Position numbers and translations under genes: made by a program
Shown here: one piece after another, positions 9,124 through 17,825 of the stretch
How the letters are laid out: each line of letters starts with the position of its first letter
How positions within the stretch are numbered: position 1 is the stretch's first letter
Source: an uncultured delta proteobacterium
GTDB taxonomy: Bacteria; Desulfobacterota; Syntrophia; Syntrophales; UBA2185
DNA: 64,000 nt
Reading direction: 5' to 3'
Assembly: GCA_963729715.1 (NCBI GenBank)
Contig: CAVSPA010000005.1
Location: 224,001 to 288,000 of the forward strand
Notes under the pieces: generated by a model
The model's database searches: none
Told to the model about the DNA's origin: nothing
The model's input: only the letters and a program-made list of their open reading frames with translations

Positions 9124-10452
9124 ATGAAACACGGCCGGATTCTGGTGATAGATGATGATGCAGTTGCCTGTGAATTCTTACAGGAAGCGCTTTCACGTGA
9201 AGGCTACAAAGTAGATACTTTTACATCCGGGAAAGAGGCCCTGAAAAAAGAGCTGTCTCACTACGATCTCCTCATGTCGGATATCAGAATGCCAGAAATC
9301 GACGGGCTTCAGTTTCTCCGGCATGTGCGCGAGAAATGGCCGGACCTGCCCGTTATCCTGATGACCGCCTACGGATCACTGGAAACCACCATGGAGGCGC
9401 TCAGACTGGGTGCATGGGATTATATCAGCAAACCCTTTTCTCCTGAAGCCATTCGCGCCATGGTGCAAAAAGTTCTCGAAGTGCGGGAACTGCGACAGCG
9501 GCGCATGCAAGGGCAGCCGAAAATGTCGGGAGAACCGCAATTCATCGGATCCTCCGCTACCATGGTCGAATTTTATAAGCAGATCGTGCGCATAGCAGAT
9601 GCGGATGCAAGCGTGTTGATCGAAGGCGAAAGCGGCACAGGAAAAGAACTTGCAACGAGAGCCCTTCATCAGTTGAGCACGCGACGGGAAAAGCCGTTTA
9701 TCGTCGTTCATTGCGGCGCTATTCCCGATACCCTTCTCGATTCAGAATTGTTCGGCTACGAAAAAGGGGCATATACGGGAGCAGACCACAAACACGAAGG
9801 ACTTCTTGCATCCGCTCATAGTGGAACAATCTTCCTCGATGAAATTACGGAAATGTCGCCCTCTCTCCAGGGAAAACTCTTGCGCTTTATGCAGAATGGA
9901 GAAGTCCGCAAGCTTGGTGGTCATGAAGTACGGCACTTCAGCGTCCGTGTAGTGGCAGCTACGAACAGAAATATCGATGAGGAGGTAAAAAAGAGCACGT
10001 TCCGCTCAGATCTTCTCTATCGATTCGTAGTGCGTCTGCATATGCCTCCTTTACGGGAACATAAAGAGGATCTGCCGCAGTTAATAGAATCCCTGCTGAA
10101 AAAGATTGGATACCCGTCCGTCCGCATTTCTGATGAGGCTATGGAACTCTTTATGGCATATGACTGGCCGGGCAATGTCCGTGAGCTGCAAAATGTCTTG
10201 GAGCAGACACTGCTTCTTTCGCCCTTCGTGGTGGTCCTGCCCGAGCACCTTCCGGAAAGATTCCGTCTAAAACGTGATGAGACGCTTCCTCTCTTGCCGC
10301 CTCTCGAAGAAGCGGAAAGAAAGCAGATCATCCAGGCGCTGCAGACCACTTCATGGAACCAGAGCCAGGCGGCTCAACTTTTAGGAATTGACCGAAAGAC
10401 GCTGCGGACAAAAATTCAGCGCTATGGTTTATTGAGAGATGGCGCATCGTGA
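9124..10452 (+). CDS. Sigma54-dependent response regulator (NtrC/ZraR/AtoC family; REC-AAA+-Fis HTH)
   Basis: REC domain (DDD, SDIRMP, KPF), GESGTGKE, GAYTGA loop, FLDE, WPGNVREL and a C-terminal HTH. Confidence 0.93.
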   Translation: MKHGRILVIDDDAVACEFLQEALSREGYKVDTFTSGKEALKKELSHYDLLMSDIRMPEIDGLQFLRHVREKWPDLPVILMTAYGSLETTMEALRLGAWDYISKPFSPEAIRAMVQKVLEVRELRQRRMQGQPKMSGEPQFIGSSATMVEFYKQIVRIADADASVLIEGESGTGKELATRALHQLSTRREKPFIVVHCGAIPDTLLDSELFGYEKGAYTGADHKHEGLLASAHSGTIFLDEITEMSPSLQGKLLRFMQNGEVRKLGGHEVRHFSVRVVAATNRNIDEEVKKSTFRSDLLYRFVVRLHMPPLREHKEDLPQLIESLLKKIGYPSVRISDEAMELFMAYDWPGNVRELQNVLEQTLLLSPFVVVLPEHLPERFRLKRDETLPLLPPLEEAERKQIIQALQTTSWNQSQAAQLLGIDRKTLRTKIQRYGLLRDGAS

Positions 10453-11957
10453 GGCTGTTCTGCAGACGTCACATTCTCGACAATCGGAAAGTACAGAATA
10501 ATTTGCGTGCCCTCGGAAGGACTGCTCTTTATCTCAATCTTGCCGCCGTGGACCTTGACGATATCCTGTACAATAGCAAGTCCCAGACCGCGCAGACCTT
10601 CATCCATATGGGTGCTGAAGAAAGGCTCACAGACCCTCGTCAATAATTCAGGCGGAATACCTGGACCATTGTCTTGGACAGTGATAGCCACAGCATTTTC
10701 TTGCGGGACAGCTCTGGCTGTAACGGAAATCTTCCCCCCTCCGGACATTGCCTCCAGTGCATTCTGAATGAGATTAAACAGGGCTGTCTGAACGCGATAT
10801 CTGTCAACGAAGAGAATGGGTATTTTTTCATCCACATCCACATGGAGTTGAATGCCCGATTTTTGTATAAGCGGTTCGACGAGGGGGAGCGTTTCGTTCA
10901 AGAGTTCAGGTACGCTTACTGCCTCAAAATGCGGCTCCGGAAGACGCGTGGCATGACGTACATTCTGGATGACCGTATTGAGCCTTTGCGTCTGCTGAAC
11001 GATGAGCTCCAGCTTCCTGCCCGCGTCCGGCGGCCATGCATCATGCTCCAGTAGGAGTTTGGCCAGACCCGCAATCGAGTGCAGGGGAGTGCCCAGGTCA
11101 TGGGCCAAGGTCGCCGTCAAGTGACCCAGGGCTGTGAGCTGTTGCAGCTGGTTTACCTGTCGCTGAAGTTGAACCACATTGTGCGTCGCTTCCTGCACCC
11201 TCTCCTCCAGGTTCCTTTGGAGCTCCTGATTCCGCGCCAGCACCCTTTCAATCTCCTCGGCCATTACGTTAAAATGATTTGCTAAATGTCCCCATTCATC
11301 CAGTCTTGCAATGGGCATCCTCTTGACGTATTTGCCTGCACGGAAGTCATCAATAGTATCAATGATAACGCCCAGTGGCCTGCCGATTAGCCATCTGTAG
11401 CTTAATGCCAGGACAAACAGGATGGCGAACAGAAGGCCCATCGTACTGAACAATAGGAGGCGTTTTGCGCGGGCTAGGATTTCAAATCTGGTTTGCGAAA
11501 AAACAATCACACCGACAAAGACCTGCGTATCTTTTTCTGATAGAAATGGATACAGCAGACCCAGGGCTGGCCCGCCGTCAGTATTCAATTCAACATGCTG
11601 TGTTTTTGATTTTTCCATGGCCGCCCCTATGACATTTTCAGGCCATTCATAGGGAACCCGCCCGGCACCCACAATATATTCCACTTCACCATTTACGATG
11701 GAAAAAAGATCAATACGGGCCAGTCTGTCATCTGATTTTACGTGGTCTTCCAATGCATCATCGAGGGCGGATAAACCTTTCCCGGACGGAAAATGCTGGT
11801 AGTACGTACTGACCGTTTCCGCGAGGTCATAAAGCCGTTTGACTTGCTGTTCAATGAGAATAACATTCAGCACCCTTAACTGGATCCAGCCCCAGATGGT
11901 CATGGTGACGGCCAGACCCAAAACGGTCAAGACAATCAGGCGTGTCCGGACAGTCAT
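10422..11957 (-). CDS. Membrane sensor histidine kinase (2 TM, HAMP, HisKA, HATPase)
   Basis: Two TM helices, HAMP, LAHDLGTPL H-box, NLIQNA, DNGPG, GLGL; probable start 11957. Confidence 0.92.
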   Translation of the reverse strand: MTVRTRLIVLTVLGLAVTMTIWGWIQLRVLNVILIEQQVKRLYDLAETVSTYYQHFPSGKGLSALDDALEDHVKSDDRLARIDLFSIVNGEVEYIVGAGRVPYEWPENVIGAAMEKSKTQHVELNTDGGPALGLLYPFLSEKDTQVFVGVIVFSQTRFEILARAKRLLLFSTMGLLFAILFVLALSYRWLIGRPLGVIIDTIDDFRAGKYVKRMPIARLDEWGHLANHFNVMAEEIERVLARNQELQRNLEERVQEATHNVVQLQRQVNQLQQLTALGHLTATLAHDLGTPLHSIAGLAKLLLEHDAWPPDAGRKLELIVQQTQRLNTVIQNVRHATRLPEPHFEAVSVPELLNETLPLVEPLIQKSGIQLHVDVDEKIPILFVDRYRVQTALFNLIQNALEAMSGGGKISVTARAVPQENAVAITVQDNGPGIPPELLTRVCEPFFSTHMDEGLRGLGLAIVQDIVKVHGGKIEIKSSPSEGTQIILYFPIVENVTSAEQPHDAPSLNKP

Positions 11958-12160
11958 ATTGGACGCCCTGTATATCGAGCTCTCGATAAAATTTTTTAGT
12001 GTAGTCAAGACAAGCACCCTGCAAGATGGATTACGAACCCTTAACCCTCATACCAGAAAAAAATGCAAAACTCAATTGTTCCATTAAATGCAAAAATGGC
12101 ACGGAGATTATATCTCGATGCCACTGCGTTGCAGACAACTTACAATGTTCCCAACGGATA

Positions 12161-12574
12161 TTATTTCTGGGAAGGAGTTTCAGCGGGTGATGGTCTTGTT
12201 TCTTTCAAGGGAGAAGGCTTTCTTATTATCTTTCTCACAACAACGGGCGTAACTCTGGTGGCTATATTCTTGCCGTCCTTCTTCAGGTAGTTCACTTTCA
12301 CTTTATCGCCGACTTTGATTTTCTCAACGGCTTTATCCAATGCAAATTCCATTATCTCCGTATTTCCCCTGACTGTGCGCTCAACCGATATCATTGTATC
12401 TGAGATATCCTTAACGACTCCCGTAATACTCACCTTTGTTTCCTTAGGCGGTTTCATAGTAACTGCTTTAGAAGGATCGGCTTTTGCGGGCGCTGGGGAA
12501 GGTTCGTCAACAGCGAAGACGGCAGCGCTGAAAATAAAAAGAATGCCTGCCGCTAATAACATCAGACGTTTCAT
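12161..12574 (-). CDS. Small exported, basic, beta-rich protein of unknown function
   Basis: Signal peptide MKRLMLL..AVFA, Pro-rich linkers, core ITGVVKDISD..KIKVGDKVKVNY (OB-fold-like); AAGGAGG RBS. Confidence 0.75.
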   Translation of the reverse strand: MKRLMLLAAGILFIFSAAVFAVDEPSPAPAKADPSKAVTMKPPKETKVSITGVVKDISDTMISVERTVRGNTEIMEFALDKAVEKIKVGDKVKVNYLKKDGKNIATRVTPVVVRKIIRKPSPLKETRPSPAETPSQK

Positions 12575-12657
12575 TCCAGGCAACCTCCTTCTTATATTCC
12601 TCAAAATATCAATTCCCCGCATTCATTAATGGATTATTATATCAAACTAAATCTTAG

Positions 12658-12673
12658 TGCAATCTGTATACCA
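12658..12673 (-). promoter_or_regulatory. Sigma54 (-24/-12) promoter
   Basis: Minus strand reads TGGTATACAGATTGCA, matching TGGYAYR-N4-TTGCW, about 85 nt upstream of the exported-protein start. Confidence 0.75.
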
Positions 12674-12770
12674 CATGAAGCTCCGTTATGAGATATTAAA
12701 CTAACTATATACAATTACGTCAGATTAAATTAATGTCTCCGGTCCGGATAGGAAGTACATGATAAAAGAT

Positions 12771-12809
12771 TGGAGAATTAAACCCCAGTTATTGAGTAAT
12801 TTTTCATCA
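12771..12809. promoter_or_regulatory. Tandem putative enhancer (UAS) sites for the sigma54 activator
   Basis: Two 17-bp imperfect palindromes, TGGAGAATTAAACCCCA (12771-12787) and TGAGTAATTTTTCATCA (12793-12809), with starts 22 bp apart and 100-135 bp upstream of the -24 element. Confidence 0.55.
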
Positions 12810-12844
12810 ATTGCCCTACAAATACCCTATGAAGAAACATAAGA

Positions 12845-13786
12845 CTATGATTTTCTTGTAATCATTTTCAAGGCTGCAGGCATGATGTCTGCAACTATGG
12901 GTAAGCAGCACGGCTGTTCTCCATCGCAATCAACGAGCACGCGTTCGGGAGAGGATGCACTTATCGTTTTACCTGTCAGAATCGATACGTCTTTGATATC
13001 TTTGATTCTGCCATTATATAACTTAGGAAGATGCCTGAAGACCTCGGCGAGAGTCAAGTTTCCGATCACCGTTATGTGAAACAGACCATCATCTACAGCG
13101 GCACCCGGAGCCACACACATGCCACCGCCGTGATATTGACCGTTAGCCACAGCGATGTTCCAGGCAATGACATTCCTCCTATAGGAGTTGTCAATCTCAA
13201 TATCTATATTTTTCTTGCCGTAGAGGAAGATGGAAATGAGGGTTGCCCATATAAAAGAAATGAAGGGGCCGAATGCCTTGCTGCTTTTGTTGATCCTCTC
13301 GTCGACTTCGCCTCCCAGGCCGAAACTGACGATATTATGGAAATAACGGGTAACCGGAAGTCCGTGGTCATTCTGGTGCCGAAGCCGCCCCACGTCAATG
13401 ACCTTCATATATCCTTCTTTAATCGTGTCGAGTGATTGTTCAATCCCTGCGGGGATAGGCACAGTCCTAATGAAATCACATCCCGTTCCGCTCGGCACAA
13501 GCCCCAGCAGAGCGTCATCCCGAATCGGTCCGCTTTCATCCATGAATCCATTTATTACCTCATTAAGGGTGCCGTCCCCGCCTACACAGATGATCAGGTC
13601 TGCCCCTTCCATGAGCTTCATTCTGGCGATCCTCGCGGCATCTCCCGGTTTTGCGGTCAGATGCGACGTAAAATAACCGAGACGCTCACGCGCCATGGCC
13701 TGAATGCGCGGCCACTGCCTGCCTGTCAAGCCGTTACCTGCATGGGGATTAACGATGAAGACCATTCTCTTGGAAGCCAAAATCAT
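12845..13786 (-). CDS. Diacylglycerol/lipid kinase family protein (YegS/BmrU/DgkB-like)
   Basis: IVNPHAG, VGGDGTLNEVING, PSGTGCDF, NGQYHGGG and DGE motifs. Confidence 0.9.
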   Translation of the reverse strand: MILASKRMVFIVNPHAGNGLTGRQWPRIQAMARERLGYFTSHLTAKPGDAARIARMKLMEGADLIICVGGDGTLNEVINGFMDESGPIRDDALLGLVPSGTGCDFIRTVPIPAGIEQSLDTIKEGYMKVIDVGRLRHQNDHGLPVTRYFHNIVSFGLGGEVDERINKSSKAFGPFISFIWATLISIFLYGKKNIDIEIDNSYRRNVIAWNIAVANGQYHGGGMCVAPGAAVDDGLFHITVIGNLTLAEVFRHLPKLYNGRIKDIKDVSILTGKTISASSPERVLVDCDGEQPCCLPIVADIMPAALKMITRKS

Positions 13787-13865
13787 AACCTGCTGTCCCG
13801 GATGATAATAGGCAGCCCCGCAACGGAGAGGAAACTCTATAAAATATCTTTCTGCAATTTTTTCA

Positions 13866-14942
13866 TTACTTTCTTATGCGCCTGTACACCCAGCAGTGCA
13901 AAAAGAAAAAGAGGGTAACCAGTCCGCCCTGTCGTATCATCTTTCTTGCAATTTTTCTCACGTCTTTCTGCCGATCCACTTTTTTGTCGGCGAGATACAT
14001 GCCGAGTAAACCGCGATTAATCATGTGATGGAAGCGTGCGTTGGGCAGGCGGGAGATGCTTTGGTCTGCCTGCTTATAGAAATGCATCAGCCTTGCAGTC
14101 ATTTCCTTGCTGTTGGGATAGTAGGAACAGAAATTCAAATCCCCGCCGGCGCGGTCCTCCTCCTGATCGATCAGATAATCAAGCAGTATATGTAATCCCT
14201 GCACCCACGGGAAATATGCATCTTTGATGCGCCCCGCCAGTTCCGCCGAACAATCTTCCCGAAAAGCATGGGCAACGAGGCAGAAGATGCCGAGTGTGGA
14301 GCCGGCGCACGCCGCAAATTCATACCAGCTCATCTCCGGCAAATGGCCCTTGTACCTGTCAAACCATGCTGCGAGACGGGGTACACGTTCTTCAATCCTA
14401 ACATGCTTGCGGACCTGCAGTTCACAATAATAGCCGGCAAGTTCGTGAAGCGCCGGTGCAATCAGATGATATGTCGGCAATTTCTTGAGGACTTCCTGAC
14501 AGGTCGCAACAAGGGAGAGCAGGTAGCCTCCATCATCCTGTTCATTTCGGAAACGGTAATACGCCCCACCGGATGCGCCAGGAGTCAGAGCATGAGGCAT
14601 TGATTCGTGAAGGGCACGAAAATCGTTTGGATCAAGGGATGTACTGCGATCACATAGATTGTCAAGATAGTCGCTGATGGTCTGATATGCGACAATGAAT
14701 CGTACAACTTCATGGTAGCGATCCCCCGCTAATAAGGCGTAAATCGACCCGCCTTCACAGTGGAATGTCTTTGTCTCAATGCTCATGAGGGCCTGTTTGC
14801 GGAGCTCCGGATCAGGAATCTCTGCGGCCCTTTTTTTCCACTCCCCCAGATGACGATGGACATCAGGACGCACCCGGACAATAATTTTTGTTGTCATCGT
14901 CCACAGGAAGGGCAAATTGTTCACCAAATGACGCTCCTCCAT
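13866..14942 (-). CDS. ytpB: Tetraprenyl-beta-curcumene synthase family (YtpB/DUF2600, class IB terpene synthase)
   Basis: KTFHCEGG, AYQTISDYLDNLCD, WYEFAACAGSTLG and LHILLDYLIDQEED..GDLNF motifs. The true start may be TTG/GTG at about 14927/14924, after a GGAGGAG RBS. Confidence 0.88.
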   Translation of the reverse strand: MEERHLVNNLPFLWTMTTKIIVRVRPDVHRHLGEWKKRAAEIPDPELRKQALMSIETKTFHCEGGSIYALLAGDRYHEVVRFIVAYQTISDYLDNLCDRSTSLDPNDFRALHESMPHALTPGASGGAYYRFRNEQDDGGYLLSLVATCQEVLKKLPTYHLIAPALHELAGYYCELQVRKHVRIEERVPRLAAWFDRYKGHLPEMSWYEFAACAGSTLGIFCLVAHAFREDCSAELAGRIKDAYFPWVQGLHILLDYLIDQEEDRAGGDLNFCSYYPNSKEMTARLMHFYKQADQSISRLPNARFHHMINRGLLGMYLADKKVDRQKDVRKIARKMIRQGGLVTLFFFLHCWVYRRIRK

Positions 14943-15115
14943 TTTGACCGCTTGCTCTTATAGAAACAACTTCGCAAAGAGTCTCTCCATCGCTCGAAAG
15001 CCCGAGGCGAGCCTCAGGAAACACACACGCTTGCGCTTCATAACACAAGGTATATTTTTACACAAGCGCGAGGTGCGTAAGTTTCAGGATTTGCCTTGAC
15101 CCCTTATTTCTTTTC

Positions 15116-16591
15116 ATGTTACCGCTCGCAAGACACAATTCCATACTATACCCTACCCGAGAGGATGGGACATCAGGACAAGCGCTGACGACAAAATATA
15201 ACGGGCAGTCATTGGAAACACAAAAATTTATACATCAGGAAGGAAGTGTAATAGTCATTGGCGGCGGCGCAAGCGGCATGATGGCCGCAGGGAGGGCCGC
15301 GGAAATGGGTGCGCATGTCACCCTCCTCGAAAAATCCGGAAACCTTGGCCAGAAGATACTCGTGAGCGGGAAGACGCGCTGCAACCTGACAAATGCCAAG
15401 GATCTAGATCATTTCATTTCCATGTATGGTCAAAACGGCCGATTTCTCTACAGGGCCTTTCATAACTTCTTTCGCGAAGATCTCATCGCCTTCTTGAGTC
15501 GCTATCGTGTGGAAACGAAGATTGAGAGAGGTGGGAGGGTCTTTCCGGTTTCTGACAGGGCAGAAGATGTTGTCAACGCTTTCGAGAAATATCTCTCTGA
15601 TTACGGTGTGGAGATATACAGGCACACGCGGGTCACAGGCATCGAGACCCGTAACAAACAGGTAACAGGTGTGATGACTGCAGACGGCAAATTTCAGGCG
15701 GGCACCGTCATCCTGGCTGCGGGCGGTTCGACCTATCCCGCAACCGGTTCTACGGGGGACGGCTATACGATGGCTGCCGCCCTCGGACACACCATAACTA
15801 AACTCCGTCCCTCATTAGTACCCCTTGTTGTCAAGGAGGTACCTCTCGCAAAATCCTTGCAGGGGGTGAGCCTCAGGAATGTCCGTCTCACGGCGTTTCA
15901 GTGCCGGGCCGATCAAATTGATCCGTCGCTTGTGCCAGATCGTGACACGGGCCGCGGCTCAGCAAACAGGCGACCACACCCGCCCGTTATCGAAAGCCGC
16001 ATGGGAGAGATGATGATAACCCATTTCGGCATCGGGGGGCCAATTACACTGCTCATGAGCCTGGCCATTGTCGATGCCCTAAGGCGGGGACCGGTGAGTA
16101 TTTCCATAGATCTCAAGGCGGCCCTTGACAGGAGAGAACTCCGTAAGCGCCTCCAGCGTGATTTCGACCGCTTCAGCAAAAAAGCATTCCGCAATATCAT
16201 GTCAGGACTCGTTCCTGCCAAAATGGTCGATCCCCTTGTTTTAATGACAGGCATCCCGCCGGATAAGCCAGGTTGCCAGCTGAACGCTCAAGAACGTGAG
16301 AGGCTCCTCGAGCAGATGAAGTCTCTTCGCTTCAATATCAAACAGCCTCTACCCATGTCATCGGCCATTGTGACTGCCGGAGGCATATCGCTGAAAGAAA
16401 TTGATCCGCAAACGATGGCGTCGCGCAAGCTAAATGGCCTCTATTTCTGCGGCGAAGTGATAGACATTGACGCCGATACCGGAGGCTACAATCTCCAGGC
16501 CGCCTTTTCAACAGGCTACCTCGCCGGTGAAGAGGCCGCAGCCTATGTTAATTTGAGGTTACCCTCCATCGATCGGCATACGGATATTTAG
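15116..16591 (+). CDS. HI0933/BaiN family NAD(P)/FAD-dependent flavoprotein
   Basis: GGGASG, GQKILVSGKTRCNLTN, GRVFP, TGSTGDG and DTGGYNLQAAFSTG motifs; true start probably downstream, near 15212. Confidence 0.9.
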   Translation: MLPLARHNSILYPTREDGTSGQALTTKYNGQSLETQKFIHQEGSVIVIGGGASGMMAAGRAAEMGAHVTLLEKSGNLGQKILVSGKTRCNLTNAKDLDHFISMYGQNGRFLYRAFHNFFREDLIAFLSRYRVETKIERGGRVFPVSDRAEDVVNAFEKYLSDYGVEIYRHTRVTGIETRNKQVTGVMTADGKFQAGTVILAAGGSTYPATGSTGDGYTMAAALGHTITKLRPSLVPLVVKEVPLAKSLQGVSLRNVRLTAFQCRADQIDPSLVPDRDTGRGSANRRPHPPVIESRMGEMMITHFGIGGPITLLMSLAIVDALRRGPVSISIDLKAALDRRELRKRLQRDFDRFSKKAFRNIMSGLVPAKMVDPLVLMTGIPPDKPGCQLNAQERERLLEQMKSLRFNIKQPLPMSSAIVTAGGISLKEIDPQTMASRKLNGLYFCGEVIDIDADTGGYNLQAAFSTGYLAGEEAAAYVNLRLPSIDRHTDI

Positions 16592-16596
16592 AATTA

Positions 16597-17064
16597 TTAT
16601 TCCTCTTTCTCTGGCGCTTTCTCCTGCGCCTTTTCCTTCACTTTCTTCTTCTCCGGCTTTTGCTCCTTTTCCGGCTTCTGTTCCTTTTCCTGCTTCGGCT
16701 CCTTTACCTGCTCCTGTACCTTTTCCTTCTTTTTCTTTTTTTCTTTCCCCTCCGGAGGGGTTTCCTTCGATGACTTCCCTTTTTTTCCTGCCCGCTCTTT
16801 CGGCGCGGCCAGGGAAGCCGCCTTTTCAGCCGCTTTTTCCGCCTTCATTTTTGCCAGTTCTTCTGTCCTTCTTTCATTAGCGGCGATCGCTGTCAGTCTG
16901 TCATTCATGGCCCTAATATTAGCCCGCAGTTTCTTAACGAGCGCGTCTTTATCGATCCGGGGGGATTCGATCCCCTTTTTAGCAAGGAAAGACAGGCGTT
17001 CCTCCAGCCCTCGTTCGAAATACGCCTTTTGCCTCTCTTGCGCCTCTTTATTTCTCAACCCCAT
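16597..17064 (-). CDS. Hypothetical Lys/Glu-rich protein with a repetitive C-terminus
   Basis: 155-aa ORF with a GGAGGAG RBS; helical N-terminus; EKEQKP-like repeats from an 18-bp DNA period around 16650-16720. Confidence 0.7.
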   Translation of the reverse strand: MGLRNKEAQERQKAYFERGLEERLSFLAKKGIESPRIDKDALVKKLRANIRAMNDRLTAIAANERRTEELAKMKAEKAAEKAASLAAPKERAGKKGKSSKETPPEGKEKKKKKEKVQEQVKEPKQEKEQKPEKEQKPEKKKVKEKAQEKAPEKEE

Positions 17065-17403
17065 ATCTTCTCCTCCCTTTGCGATTCACTTATTTTTTAC
17101 CGGCAGCCAACAGATCGTACAGCATTTTCTCTTTGCTGCCGTCAGATGATTGCTACAGATATATGTATCAGGAAACAAGACTAAAAACCATCATATTTCT
17201 CTATATGGCAACTGCGATGGGGGACGTCTTCTTTTGGATTCGCCGCGCATTGATGAACAAAGCAGATAAGAGAAAGTATCTAAAAGTCGCATATCTTGTG
17301 CGTCGCCCAGAAGGAGGGCAGCCATTACTTGCCCAAATTTATCAGATCCTGATTTACACAAGATTATATTATCGGATATTCTCACTGACAGGAATTCAAT
17401 CCA

Positions 17404-17664
17404 TTACAGATTCTTATATTCAGAGTGTTTTTGAATAATCAACCTTTCAAGTTCATCGAAAAAAGTCAATTGATGGTCATTTCTTTCAGACGCATTCTCT
17501 TCAGCAATTTTTGACGGTTCATATTTGGACCAATCCAATTCCGTTTGTATATGTTTATCGCTATCGGTAACCGGTAGCAATAGATAGACGAAACAATTTT
17601 CTCTTATCCAGCCCATGCAATCTTAGCCATGACACCTTCTGCTAACAAAAATGCACCATTTCAT
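17404..17664 (-). pseudogene. Small 4-Cys protein gene interrupted by an in-frame TAA
   Basis: RBS GAGGAAGG and ATG 17664 give MKWCIFVSRRCHG*DCMGWIRENCFVY...; the TAA at 17623-17625 is in frame with the 70-aa ORF 17404..17616. Confidence 0.5.
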
Positions 17665-17825
17665 GCCGCCTTCCTCTCAATATTTCTAAGCGTTGCCAAT
17701 CCCTCACCGGTCTTATATTCGCACGCATTATTCATGCTCGTTCTTGCAGGGATGCCGGATTAAGCGGGTCACATCTTCGAGGTGTCAGTATAAGAATTAC
17801 AATAATCGGCACCGACAGAGGAGTC

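Noticed and set aside
12096..12111. Sigma54 promoter-like TGGCACG on the plus strand
   Set aside because: The -12 element reads TTAT rather than TTGC, and it points away from the kinase gene.
17079..17438. 119-aa plus-strand ORF and overlapping 64-aa minus-strand ORF
   Set aside because: No RBS, no recognisable motif and atypical composition.
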